Shown one piece after another: positions 26,776 through 38,100 of a DNA stretch of 64,000 nucleotides; position 1 is the stretch's first letter; each line of letters begins with the position of its first letter. Below the pieces are notes generated by a model. The model was not told the origin of the DNA, ran no database searches, and saw nothing but the letters and a program-made list of their open reading frames with translations. The stretch is from Guillardia theta CCMP2712 (Eukaryota > Protista > Cryptophyta), in NCBI RefSeq assembly GCF_000315625.1, contig NW_005434520.1:63489-127488 (forward strand). Reading direction: 5' to 3'. The position numbers and the translations under genes were made by a program.

Positions 26776-28160
26776 AGGATGGAGTGACGCATCCAGAAAA
26801 TCATCCGGTTTATGCAGCAGATGGAGGAAGCCAAGAAGCAGGTGACTTCCTTCATCTCCATGACTCTCCTGGGTCTCTCTTCGGTGTATGTCAACCAAGA
26901 GGAGAAGATGAAGAAGAAATTCGAAGAGATCGGACTGATCGTAGACTCAGTGCAAGAGAGTAAATCGATCATGTGGAAGGCTCCGTATAGATCCGAGATA
27001 GCGAGTGCTGATGAGATCCCGGTGACTGTTTCCTTCCTCTGCAATGCACTAGCGGAGAAGCTCTGGCAGGGAAAAAAACTTCCAGATCGATGGTCGCAAG
27101 CTCACGGCCGTACATGTGAACAAGCGAGCAAGTCCACAAAGATCTAGGTCAGAAAGGCTTCGTGAGAGGTCGAGTAGATCATCTCCTCGAGCTGCCCAGA
27201 GGCAAGCGATACCTGAGCATTCCGAGCTTTCCGAGAGAGCGAAGCGATGAAGGGAGTACACCTGACTCTATTCAGCGAGGACCCGAAGATCAGGGAGGCG
27301 CCGGCTCGCAGTCGAGCTGACAGCTGATAGCTTCGTGTCCAGAAACAAGTTGAAGAAGGCAGCAAGGACACAGAAGAAGAAGGCAGGCCGCAGAGACGAC
27401 AAGGAGATCAAGATCATCATCAAGTCGACGGCGGCTACTGGTCGCTTCACGAGGAAGGAGATGGAGGGGCTGTGCAACGGCGGCAACACGTCCATCGCAA
27501 GAGCGGAGAGAGTCTTGTTGGAGATCGCAAACAGGCTTGACATCAAAGTTGAAGGCATCGACATGGAGGAGGACTCAAATACCAAGTCATGGAACGGGTC
27601 CAAGCTATGCATCTTCCTTGACTCCACGGAGGATGCTCGACGCATGATGAAGGAGCTGCCCTTGTCTTTAGAAGGCGCAGCAATCAAGCTCGAAGCAGTC
27701 AGCTTCGACATGGAGCCTGAGGCGGTGGCTGCTGGCGACACTCAGCGGCAGGAGGAGAGCGAGGGGGAGCAGTGGCTGGAGACGGCTGTGAGCTTGCGAC
27801 CATCGATCTGGAAGTCCTCTCTTCCCTGCCAGAGCTTCTCCGCTAGTGCATTGCAGAGGAAGGAAACAGTCACCGGGATCTCATCAGCACTCGCTATCTC
27901 GGGTCTATACGGAGCCTTCCACATGATCGATTTACTCTCTTGCACTGAGTCTACGATCAGTCCGATCTCTTCGAATTTCTTCTTCATCTTCTCAGAGTCT
28001 TCATGGTTGACATACACCGAAGAGAGACCCAGGAGAGTCATGGAGATGAACGAAGTCATCTCGTTGCCTGCTGTGGCGGTGTATGTCTCGACCTTCTCCT
28101 TCTTGGCTTCCTCCATCTGCTGCATAAACCACTCTCTGGACGCGTCACTCCATCCAGTCA
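26776..28160. repeat. ~340-380-bp inverted duplication (26776-27110 vs 27780-28160) of a decayed ORF, flanking a ~650-bp spacer
   Basis: The same peptide 'MQQMEEAKK..TSFISMTLLGLSSVYVN..KKFEEIGLIVDSVQESKSIMWKAPYR.EIASADEIPVTVSFLCNALAEKLWQG' is encoded on opposite strands. A third small fragment lies at ~26032-26070. Confidence 0.9.
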
Positions 28161-28911
28161 ATGCTTCTTGTAGAAGCTCACGTCGTGCCTGCTGACATGT
28201 CGAGCGGATGGCTTCTGCGATAGCGTCGGGGGTGCATCCCTCCACAGCCTTGCAAGCCTGGGCTGTCCTACTGTTAGGAAAACGCTTCGCGAAGCTCTTC
28301 ACCCTCTCGACCAGATCAGCTTCGAGGACCGTACAGCATGTTGCGAACACTTTCATCATACTGACGAGCCATACTTAGAAAGCTGTTTGAACTATACCAT
28401 TCTCCTACACCTGGCGCGGAGCCATGGTGCCCTAGAATGCTTGTTTAAGCCGCGTATCTGCTCTCACCCAGCAATCGGCCGCCGCTGATATCCTGTATCT
28501 CCGCATCGCCGAATCTCAATGGAGCTTCTCTTGCCTGCACCGTCCCTTGCGTGGTTAGTATAGCGGTTTTTGCTGCCTTTTCTGTTTCCTAGTATTTAGC
28601 TGAGGCGGGTTTGTAGGGTTTATTCTCTTCTCCTTGTTTGCCCCCTTCAACAGCCTGCCAGATTCCACGAGCCCTTCTGCTCAGCTGCTGATACCTGCTC
28701 TTGAAACCCTTATCATGTTAGTATGTCATATCTTGATATTTGTTTCTCCTCACACCTCATCTCTTCTCGCCGGCGAGCATCTATAACATGTCGTTAGCAG
28801 GTGCATGGCGAATGCTCTCATGGGTGTCTATGGTTTGTTTTGTGTAATCGGTATTGTTGTTGTTGATCAAAGCATGGTTCAGGGCTGCATCTTCTGATAG
28901 CAAGCGGTTGT

Positions 28912-30954
28912 GTGGTCCTTGTACATGTTGCTGGCAGTTTCTCATCTCACGTGGCGCCAATGGTGATTCGAGGCGGTGGAATAGGAGATGCAAACCAGAC
29001 CCTGCGGATAGGCAAAGACCTCCATGACATGAATAGAGAGGAGGTAGATGCAAGGCTGTGGCTAGAACAGGACAAGATGAAGAGAGAACGGGAGAAGGTA
29101 GAGAAGAAGATAGTTAAAGTAGAACCAGAGATCAGGAACGTTGAGGCAAGAACGGAGAAGGTAGAGAAGAAGCCAGTTGCAGTAGAACCAGAGATCAGGA
29201 ACGTTGAGGCAGAAAAACACAAGGACTTGAAGAAGCAGGTATCGCAACTTCATGACAAGGGGACCAACAAGAAGTTCATCAAGAAAATAACGCAGGAAAT
29301 AAAGTACCTTCGAAAGGAAAACAAGCAACTTCGAAAGGAAATGAGGCAACTTCGAGATAATGTGAATGAGAAAAAAAAGAGCCTTTCCTGGTCAGAGACA
29401 ATGCTGGATCTTAGTCAAGCAGGATACAGTGAGGATCGCAAAATTTTCACCATCGATCGAGCATTGCTGAATTCAAATCCTGGGCCAGCAGGGCAGCTGA
29501 TGCTCTACTGCAGGGAAAGCTTCAATGAGCAATGGCGTTTCCTTGAGGAGAAGGTGTGCAAGGAAGGATATTTGGGTTGGATCCTAGGCCCTCCGGGGAC
29601 AGGGAAGACGACGACGACGACATGTTTCCTGCTATGGCAAAGCATGGAAGCGAGATGGAGGGTGATGTGCGTACGACTCTGGAAGGCGGGTCCTGTCAGC
29701 CTGATACAGGTGGTTGACGGGAAAGAAAGAAGGTGCGACTTTTCTCTGAAGAGAGCAGGGGACGAGATAGAGGACTTCCTTGAAGGATGGGGAGGGGTCA
29801 GCGAAAAGTACCTTCTGTCCTTGGACGGTTACCTGGAGGGGAATCCAGAACATGATAATTTGCTCAGCGTCTGCATGCTATGGCGCCGTCGTGACATGGA
29901 GAATCGACGGCTTGTCGTTACGACTTCGATGGGTGCTCGAATAAAGGTGTATTCTGAGCAAGATATGATAGAAAGGATCAAGGAAATGAAAGTATACTCG
30001 TGGATGCTTGAGGAGTACAAGGAAGCCGTCAAGCACGACCTTCTGTACAAAAATGTAGCTAACATGGTGGGAACGAGCTTGGGAACGAGGAATACGATGA
30101 GGAAGCAGGAGACCGAACAGGAGAGAAGAGCGAGAGAGGTTGAGTCCAAATATCAGATTGTTGGAGGCTCATGTCGGTACATGTTCCAATACACGACAGC
30201 AGAGGCGATTGAACAACTGCATTTCGCGATGGCTTCTGTGGATAATTTTGAAACGCTGATGGATTCGAAAACGGGAGACCGAGCAAAGCGGATGGTGAAT
30301 CGGCTGCATGCAATGTATCGTGTTGGAGACAATGTGCACTGGGGGCTTCTCAGCAGGTTTGTCGCCACAGAGCTAGCACAGAGGCTTGGAGAAGCTTTTG
30401 TGAGAAAGATCGAGCAGTTGGTGGGGATCGCTGAGAATCCGATACTTCGTGGTGTGTTGTTTGAGATGCTATTCTTTGCTCGGATAGGAAACGAGCAAGG
30501 GCTACGTGTGACCAGTAGGACAGGAGAAGAAGTCCATTGGGAGAGCTATGCTGTGAAGACGTTTGACCCAACACAACTCTATACGTCTGGAATCGAGAGG
30601 AGTGTATGCCTGAAGCCAATAGCTTGGAATCAGGGCGGCTACGACGCTGTGATTGTAGATCTAAGGGAGAGGATAGTGCGCTTTGTGCAGGTGACAGCGG
30701 CAAGCAAGCATGACCTGAAATTGCAGTACTTTGCAGACTGCATGGATGCCTTGAGCATCGAAAGATGGGATCAATGGAAGATGGAGATTGTTTTCGTCGT
30801 CACAAAGGACAATCTTGCAAAGTTCAGTCTGAGCGAGGTGGTCGAGGAAGGCGCGCTCGCGAGGTATGGTTGGAGAGCCGGAGAGGAAGCGAGCAAAGCA
30901 TGTGTGGTTGGGATGGACCCTAGAGCACAAGGATGGAGCAGCAGGATAGGATGA
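28912..30954 (+). CDS. Crinkler/RHS-like protein: coiled coil, P-loop NTPase and C-terminal PD-(D/E)xK restriction-like nuclease; intronless
   Basis: Walker A GPPGTGKT, Walker B-like LLSLDG, 'VGGSCRYMF', 'GVLFE', and the nuclease-type 'WNQGGYDAVIV...FVQVT...HDLK'. The real start is probably the Met at ~28960. Confidence 0.75.
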   Translation: MVLVHVAGSFSSHVAPMVIRGGGIGDANQTLRIGKDLHDMNREEVDARLWLEQDKMKREREKVEKKIVKVEPEIRNVEARTEKVEKKPVAVEPEIRNVEAEKHKDLKKQVSQLHDKGTNKKFIKKITQEIKYLRKENKQLRKEMRQLRDNVNEKKKSLSWSETMLDLSQAGYSEDRKIFTIDRALLNSNPGPAGQLMLYCRESFNEQWRFLEEKVCKEGYLGWILGPPGTGKTTTTTCFLLWQSMEARWRVMCVRLWKAGPVSLIQVVDGKERRCDFSLKRAGDEIEDFLEGWGGVSEKYLLSLDGYLEGNPEHDNLLSVCMLWRRRDMENRRLVVTTSMGARIKVYSEQDMIERIKEMKVYSWMLEEYKEAVKHDLLYKNVANMVGTSLGTRNTMRKQETEQERRAREVESKYQIVGGSCRYMFQYTTAEAIEQLHFAMASVDNFETLMDSKTGDRAKRMVNRLHAMYRVGDNVHWGLLSRFVATELAQRLGEAFVRKIEQLVGIAENPILRGVLFEMLFFARIGNEQGLRVTSRTGEEVHWESYAVKTFDPTQLYTSGIERSVCLKPIAWNQGGYDAVIVDLRERIVRFVQVTAASKHDLKLQYFADCMDALSIERWDQWKMEIVFVVTKDNLAKFSLSEVVEEGALARYGWRAGEEASKACVVGMDPRAQGWSSRIG

Positions 30955-32338
30955 CCATGGTGCCCGTGTTGGTGAATGCACCAGTAGAGATTGGGTTATG
31001 CTCGTGCAAGTGAGCAATGTATCAAATTTCAGCATCTTCACTGTGCAATGTTGTCAATCATTGTAAACCAATGCGGGAATGGTGTAGCCACCAGATACGA
31101 ATACGCTCATCACCTCACCTGTACAAGAAAATGGCTTGTTCCGTTCTCGTCCTCACGTTTCCACGGACCATCGCTTTTGTAATGGTGCTCGTCGGGAGCT
31201 GCGCGCCGGCGCTAAATACCTATGCCACCCGGGAGAGTGCAGCCTTCCGAGCTGCAAGGTGGAGCACGACTCAGGAGTCCGGAGTCTAGCGACGCCTCCA
31301 CGGGCGTGGTGAGCTCTGTCCGAGTCAAGGAAGCGGAGAGCCGAATTAGACTCGTCGGAGCCTTTCAATCGAGTCGGATCACAGGTATTTTGATCCAGAA
31401 GCGAGCATTTTTTCCATGCTGGTTGGTGGGTCAGCAACAGATCTCTTAGACACTCATGACTACACAACCAAGATTCTGTTTCAACCATTATTCGAGCTTT
31501 TTCTGTAATCCTGAAGATTCAACTTTACATATTCAACACAAACATTTCCCAATTGGTATATTTCAAAGTATGTTTGCCTGACGTTACATGGTCGATGATG
31601 TGCATTGGTGATGGATGTCAAGCGATGGTTTCTGTAATGAAGTTATTCTTGCCGAGCTCTTATCAGCACATTGCGTTCAACATCGGCATTAGAAGCACCT
31701 TGCTCCGCCATTCGGAAGCACCTTGCTCCACCGTCGCATTTTTGCGCCAAGAGCCATGAAAACTTCACATTAGGTAGGTTGGGTGCTCTATGTCCAAAAC
31801 CGCCTATTACATCGCCCCGGCCAGCTTCTTACAATGGAGCGCTACCCTACCTTGTGTGCAAACCTGGAAATTCTCGACCCCTCCTCTGTTCTCTCGGCTG
31901 GATGGTACCCTCCGTCAAGCGGACGAGCCGGATCTGGCCCTCCTACTGGCTTCCTTTCTGCTGGTGCATCAGGCCCTGGTTGATGGTGGAGTGCTGCGAT
32001 ATATGGACCTCAGTGACCTGGATGACGCACCATTCCGTTCCAAGTCCCTTCTGGAATTTATTGTACCAGACCATTTTGTTTGCAAAACGAGATTGTTCTC
32101 GAGCTGGTTGGATTTCCAAGCAGAGCGGTTCATACAAAGATTCAGGTGCAGATAACGGAGATCCTTCTAAGTCAGAAAAGCTTTGTCGATCATCAGCATC
32201 TCGTCGAGACTGTATGCCATTCGCCGCTGCTGTTCCGACGCTCCGCCGACGTGCCGTTGCCGGCTCTCGCATGCGAATGGGCAATGGTAGTAGATGAAGG
32301 GGGGCGAATGGGCAATGGTAGTAGATGACTTAAGTTAA

Positions 32339-33243
32339 CCTTTAATCGACAAAGGCCTCCCCTGGGAATCCCGGACTCCCCGGGGAGTCCCTTTTTCGAG
32401 CCCTCATACAGCCCCCTTGGAAGGGCATAAAGGCGCAGATAAAGGCGGGGAAAATGGCAGGGGAAGGAAGAGGGGAGGAAGAACTTTCCAACGCTGAAAT
32501 TCGCGTTGCAAACGACCAACCCGTTGTCGAGATAGGACAGGAGATAACTGTGAAAAGTAAGATGTTTGGCCGTTTCAGGCCTGCAAAGAGCATTCTCATG
32601 GGCGTGCATAGATGCGATTGGAACTCCGTCGCGATAACTGGAAAGGTGATAGCGAAGTGTGGGAATGGTAGATGGATGGTTGATTGGTACTTGCCTGGTG
32701 AAAGAATGAAAATTAGCGTCTTGGAGAGTACCTTACGATCCACATTGTTGCCTGGGGAAATGCCAAATTTGCAAAATTCTACCGTGCCAATGTTTCCGCT
32801 GCCCGCGATGTAGCCGCGTCCGATGACGCTGGCTCTAATGATGTAGTGGTGTCTCATCATGACCCTGTCCCTATGCAAGGGGAATCAAACCATGAAAATG
32901 ATTCCTCTTCGCCTATGACCATCAATTGCAATTTTGGAGAAAATGTCCTCGTTTGGCAGTTATCACCGACTGGTGTTGCAGAAGATCAACGACTGTCAAG
33001 TGGATTTGCAATGCGCAAAACTGTGATTCGCTGGACACCAGCTCTGCAGATCCTTGACGAGAAAACTCCATTTGATTGCTGGAAATTTCTGCTTCCGTGG
33101 AAGTATTTTTTCGGAGATTGCGACGAAACTGGATGTTGTTTGCTCTGGACGAACAATTCTTTGCCAGCAAATGTGAAACCGTTCACTGTACATGAATGGC
33201 TTCAGTTCATGGGTGTGCTGTTCATGAGAACTCTACATGAAGG
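32339..33243 (+). mobile_element. Truncated piggyBac-like DNA transposon remnant (left end only)
   Basis: TTAA (32335-32338) is followed by CCTTTAATCG... and palindromic subterminal repeats. The peptide 'TPFDCWKFLLPW...LLWTNNSL...FTVHEWLQFMGVLF' resembles the N-terminal part of piggyBac/PGBD transposases. It is cut off by the satellite and no right end was found. Confidence 0.55.
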
Positions 33244-33425
33244 CTACCTCTGAGAGGGAAAGCACTACCCCCTCTAGGCTACGAGTACCACCCCTATATC
33301 ACGTTTTCATAGAGAGCTGCCGTAACCGGTACCTGATGCTAGTGGTAGTGTGTGAAAAACGATACACCCGTTATATTATGCGGAGACTACCTACTACCCC
33401 CTCTAGGCTACGAGTGGTAGTGTGC
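33244..33425. repeat. ~150-bp satellite, block 1
   Basis: Unit ctacctctgagagggaaagcactaccccctctaggctacgagtaccacccc...tatgcggaga. Confidence 0.9.
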
Positions 33426-33629
33426 CACCTTTTAGCGGTTTAGAGAGCAAGAACAGCTGCTCAAGATCATTGCGAGTCTTGTGGTTTTTGAACCTAGCAA
33501 CTTGGCAACACAAGATGTGCACACTGTGACATAGTAGACACACTGGCAGGGCCATGGCACTTTCGAATGCTGGTCCGATCATCTCTCTTCGTCTATGGCA
33601 TGATGAGCATGTTTTCAGTTCTTCGACCA

Positions 33630-33750
33630 GACGACCCTCGCGACGTTGGATACTACAGCAGGCTGTTGACTGCTACCGAGCGCAATCATGACACGACGGA
33701 CAGGGAACTCGTTGCTATCAAGGATACGCTTCTTTGTTTTCGTTTATATG
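33630..33750 (+). pseudogene. Ty3/Gypsy RNase H fragment (also at ~41551-41670)
   Basis: 'VGYYSRLLTATERNHDTTDRELVAIKDTLLCFRLY' matches the gypsy RNase H consensus (VAYYSR.L...ERNY.T.ERELLAI). Confidence 0.75.
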
Positions 33751-33856
33751 CAAAAAAATCCCGAAGAGGCTGCGTCGGCTTCTCAAAGGGGAGGAACCGG
33801 CTCATTCACTGGCAGAAAGCAATACATCACGTTGATAACGACATGTAGATCGTAGA

Positions 33857-34792
33857 CTACGCTTCACCGTATTCAACGATGTCTCCATTACTCAGCACGC
33901 ACTTGCATTTCCCTTCCCCATCGACCAGCAGGACATCCAGGTTTTTCACGAACTTGCATTCTTGAAGTTTTGAGATCACGATCGCAAGCGCTTCTGCAAG
34001 CGGCGGTTCCCCTCCAACCACATACCCTGTGTAAATCTTACCCGATACGTGCGGTCTGTGTAAAGGTTTTGAGATCTCGTGCATGAGGTTTTTAAGTTCT
34101 TTCTGAACAAAGTCTTCCTTCGCTGCGAAGCCAAAGTTTCGCAGCTTATTACAGACTTCTCTGCCATACATACTCAATGTCGTTTTGTCACGGCCTACAG
34201 TCAACAAATGCTCGTTCACAAACATCTCCAAACCTTTCGTGAGAGACAAGTCGCTCTTGTACTGTTGCATGGCGTTCTCAATCAGAGCTCGGTTGTTGGC
34301 TATGACCTTGACCCGCGATAATTCTTGGAGACTTTGCATCTCCTGTTGCAGCAATTGGCTCTTGAGATCTTTCAGCTGTGTTTCCTTTTCTGCAATGCGT
34401 ATATCCTTTTCTTGAATGAATTTATCCTTTTCTGCAATGAGTTTATCCTTTTCTGCAATGAGTTTATCCTCGCGAGTCTTGAGATCTTTCAGCTGCGTTT
34501 CCTTTTCTGCAATGAGTTTATCCTCGCGAGTCTTGAGATCTTTCAGCTGTGTTTCCTTTTCTGCAATGAGTTTATCCTTCAGGGCAATGACTTCATCCTT
34601 GTGGGCAATTATGCTTGACTGCCACGGCCACCAGCTTGCTGATCCTGTTGGGGACATGCTGAGGGGTCTTGACAGCGTGATCTGCCGTGACCTGTCCCAA
34701 CCAACACTGTAGACCAGCTGCTTATCTCCTCCTAGTCTTCCTCTTCTTTTCTGCATGCTGAAACTCATTCCTCTCCCCAACATTTTCAACAT
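33857..34792 (-). CDS. Unknown protein with repetitive coiled coil (KDKLIAEK repeats), copy 1
   Basis: Open 311-aa frame, conserved intact in the duplicate. No family recognised. Confidence 0.6.
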   Translation of the reverse strand: MLKMLGRGMSFSMQKRRGRLGGDKQLVYSVGWDRSRQITLSRPLSMSPTGSASWWPWQSSIIAHKDEVIALKDKLIAEKETQLKDLKTREDKLIAEKETQLKDLKTREDKLIAEKDKLIAEKDKFIQEKDIRIAEKETQLKDLKSQLLQQEMQSLQELSRVKVIANNRALIENAMQQYKSDLSLTKGLEMFVNEHLLTVGRDKTTLSMYGREVCNKLRNFGFAAKEDFVQKELKNLMHEISKPLHRPHVSGKIYTGYVVGGEPPLAEALAIVISKLQECKFVKNLDVLLVDGEGKCKCVLSNGDIVEYGEA

Positions 34793-34849
34793 ATTCGAAT
34801 GTTCTGCCAGAAGCCTCTTTGAGTTGAGTTTATATTGCCTACTGTAGCC

Positions 34850-35196
34850 ACCCCTATATACCCGCTATATTATGCGGAGACAACCTATCTCTGAGAGGGA
34901 AAGCACTACCCCCTCTAGGCTACGAGTACCACCCCTGTATCATCTTTTCATAGAGAGCTGCCGCAAGCACCGGTACCTGATGCTAGTGGTGGTGTGTGAA
35001 AAACGATACACCCGTTATATTATGCGGAGACTACCTACCTGGTTTAGGCTCTGAGAGGGAAAGCACTACCCCCTCTAGGCTGCGAGTACCACCCCTGTAT
35101 CATCTTTTCATAGAGAGCTGCCGCAAGCACCGGTACCTGATGCTAGTGGTGGTGTGTGAAAAACTTCGATACACCCGTTATATAATGCGGAGACAA
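34850..35196. repeat. ~150-bp satellite, block 2 (left of MULE)
   Basis: Tandem units of the same satellite, interrupted at cggagacaa. Confidence 0.9.
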
Positions 35197-38100
35197 GGGG
35201 TATTCGACAGAAACGCGCCCGAAATCTTGGGTGACAGATTAAAATCTTATCTATTTTAAAGCATATTCTCCTCTGCCTTAACCGGTCCAAACAAGGCAAA
35301 GACATCTAGAGGGGGTGGGTACTCTCTGGTACCAATTAATAATTGTTAACAACCTTTTTAGGATTACGGTACCAAAAGTATTCTTGTATTCGACTACCCC
35401 TCCACTTCACTCTCACTACCCCCCATTACCCCCACCTCTCCTCAATCCACCACCCCCCCACCCTCCTTTGTCAGAGAACATCGGTTGTCACATGGGTGGT
35501 CGTCATACCCCAAACAGACTACAGTACCCCCTCCTGGCAGCCTGACATACTATACGTAGGAGGGGTACTTCATCACGATTAGGAAAGTCTACAGTACCCC
35601 CTTGTGGCAGCCTGACATCCTATACCCAAGAGGGGTACTTCATCACTTTGTTGGAAAGTCTACAGTACCCCCTTGTGGCAGCCTGACATACTATACCTAG
35701 GAGGGGTGCTACATCCCCACTCCTCCCTCCTTCACTCGTCCCACATCGTCGCGGAGTATGTCATTCGCACACCAATGCTGCTAACACTGTTCAGTGTCGT
35801 ACATTCTGGGGCACTGCGGCAAGCTCTGCAGTCATCTATATCAGTTCATCAGACCATCTCTTCCTTGTCAGGACTACTCCCATTGACTTCCTCTCTGTTA
35901 TGCCCATTGCACGTTGTCGGCAGGTTGTTGGTTTGACGATGGTGAACGCTATGATGGCAACTACTATCCTCCTGTCCCCAACACTCGTCCACGTGTGTTT
36001 ATCTTCGAAGTACCTTTATCCTACCTTGCAATGCTAGTCTGGACTCTGCAAACTCCTCGTTTTAAGGCATCCATCACTCCACGTTTACTTCTTCCCCTGA
36101 TAAATACACCTTTGTCAACAACCTTTCCATCGCTTGCCGGATCTCGTCTATGTCCCCTTGGCCAAATGTATTCACTGCCATGTTTCCAGACAGGCAGTCA
36201 GCTATTCCGCACAGAAATATGCCACATGACATGGAATCAGTTTGTCTCGGGATCTGTGTCAGGTGATTCAAACTCGGTGAATAACATTGGGCATTTGAAA
36301 ATTCTCTACTGACCTGGTTCGAAGCCATGTATTCCTCCTGCCAAACCTCTCCTGCATCCAATCCCTCTTGCTGCCATTCATGTCGCAAGAAATCTATTCC
36401 ACCCATCACGACACAAGGTATGCTTTTGTCAATAGAAGCGCATACCTGCGACTATTCCCATGTACGCCGATGGTGTGTCATGTCTAGGATCATACATCCT
36501 GCCAATCCATCATCATTCCACATCCAATGCATTTCTCAATGTGTCCACACTCACCTTATCACCTTCGTCAGGGGCTCTACAACCATCAAAGACCAATGCA
36601 CTCCTTGAATCCTCCCCGAGCCGTCCTTGTTCAGCTCACCCGTGTTGACAGGGATCAAAATTTGCTTGTAATTGGACCACGTCCCAGCTGGAAACCATCG
36701 TCGTAACGAGTTGTAACCCTCAGTCACCTCGTCGTTCGACTGTCATGTCACATTAGAATGATTGTAATGTAGCAATCACTTGCTACCTTGGCAAGTTCGT
36801 GATTTAGCCTCAACTTTGTGAAGAAGAACGTTGAAACAATGAAGCTGTTTCCTTGTCCAACCTCTCCCTGCTTTCCTCTCAATCGACGATTGTCCATTTC
36901 GCGTACGATTAGCAACTGTAAGAATGCATTGATGGCCTCGTCTCGTACCCATTCACCTGGTTGCAATACTTTGACATCCTCCTGTGACAGAGTTGATCGT
37001 GAGATCACATACACACGTTTGTGTGTAAGATATTGCATCACAACATTCCTGCTGTACTGCTCTGTGCCGATCCATTTCTTCAGATACTCGCACCTTACAT
37101 CTGTATCAAGTCGACGTGATAACGTTGACGGTCCTTCCTGTCCCAAATCTTCACCTTCCTCGGCTTCTTTCGACATTCCCGATACTTCCTGTCCTGTATG
37201 TTGTCCATTCCGGAGGTTTAATTCGGTTGGCGGGGCATGGAGTACCTCCTTAGGTGCATTCTCTTCTTGTGCTTCATGTGTAGCCTTGTCTTTCTTCTCG
37301 CAAGTCCGTACATTATGTCCGACCTCCCCACAGTATCCGCATGATCTTTGTCGTTTTGGTGGAAGTTCGCTAAATCCCTCAGTGTTGGCAATGTCATCAT
37401 CAGTCATGTTACAGCCAGTCAATGAGCGTTTGTTCGATGAACCATATTGCTTCCTCTCTGACAACCCCTGATTCGGTATTCTGCCTTTCGGTCGGCCTGT
37501 GCGCTTAGGTTTACGCGGGGGAGTATCCAACTTTGCATCTTCATTGCGAGGAAGCGGTATGTCGTCTTGATGAGGAATAGATTGTCCAAATTCAAAGTCT
37601 TCGTGTTGAAAAGCGGCATGGAGAGTATCCCCCAACCAGACTTTGTCGTACAATGATGTGATGAGCTGTTTACCACTTGTCTTCCCCTTGTGTATCTTGT
37701 TGTAAACTGCTATTGCATGCTTACAAGCTCTGCCCGTCTGCTCCCATTGCCAGCAAGGCCTGCATTGTCGTTTGCTCAGACTCACGAATGACATAACTTT
37801 GTTCGACTGAGCAGTCCGCACTGTGACTGTCGTCATTCCTTCATTGCCAACAGCATCTGGTATCACACATCTGGTGCTTGCCGTGCATGCCTTGTCGTGT
37901 TCCTGCAAGACTTTGTTGCATAGGAACAGACTAGGCTGTTCCCCTGGTGGTGGATTGTAATTATGGTATAATTTCTGAAGTATTTCCATCCAACGCTCAG
38001 CGAGTATCTGGAAAAATCTCAATGGATCAGATGATCTGGACAGATTATGACGGAGTCTTGCATTTTCACTTTCAGTATTGTTGTTGCATCGTATTCCATA

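Larger units (their letters stand above)
33624..34812. repeat. Segmental duplication copy 1 (copy 2 at 41545-42679)
   Basis: Near-identical sequence, differing mainly by one 54-bp coiled-coil repeat unit. Confidence 0.95.

Noticed and set aside
31200-32330. Possible gene
   Set aside because: Overlapping short ORFs on both strands with no recognisable motif. Strand and product cannot be supported.
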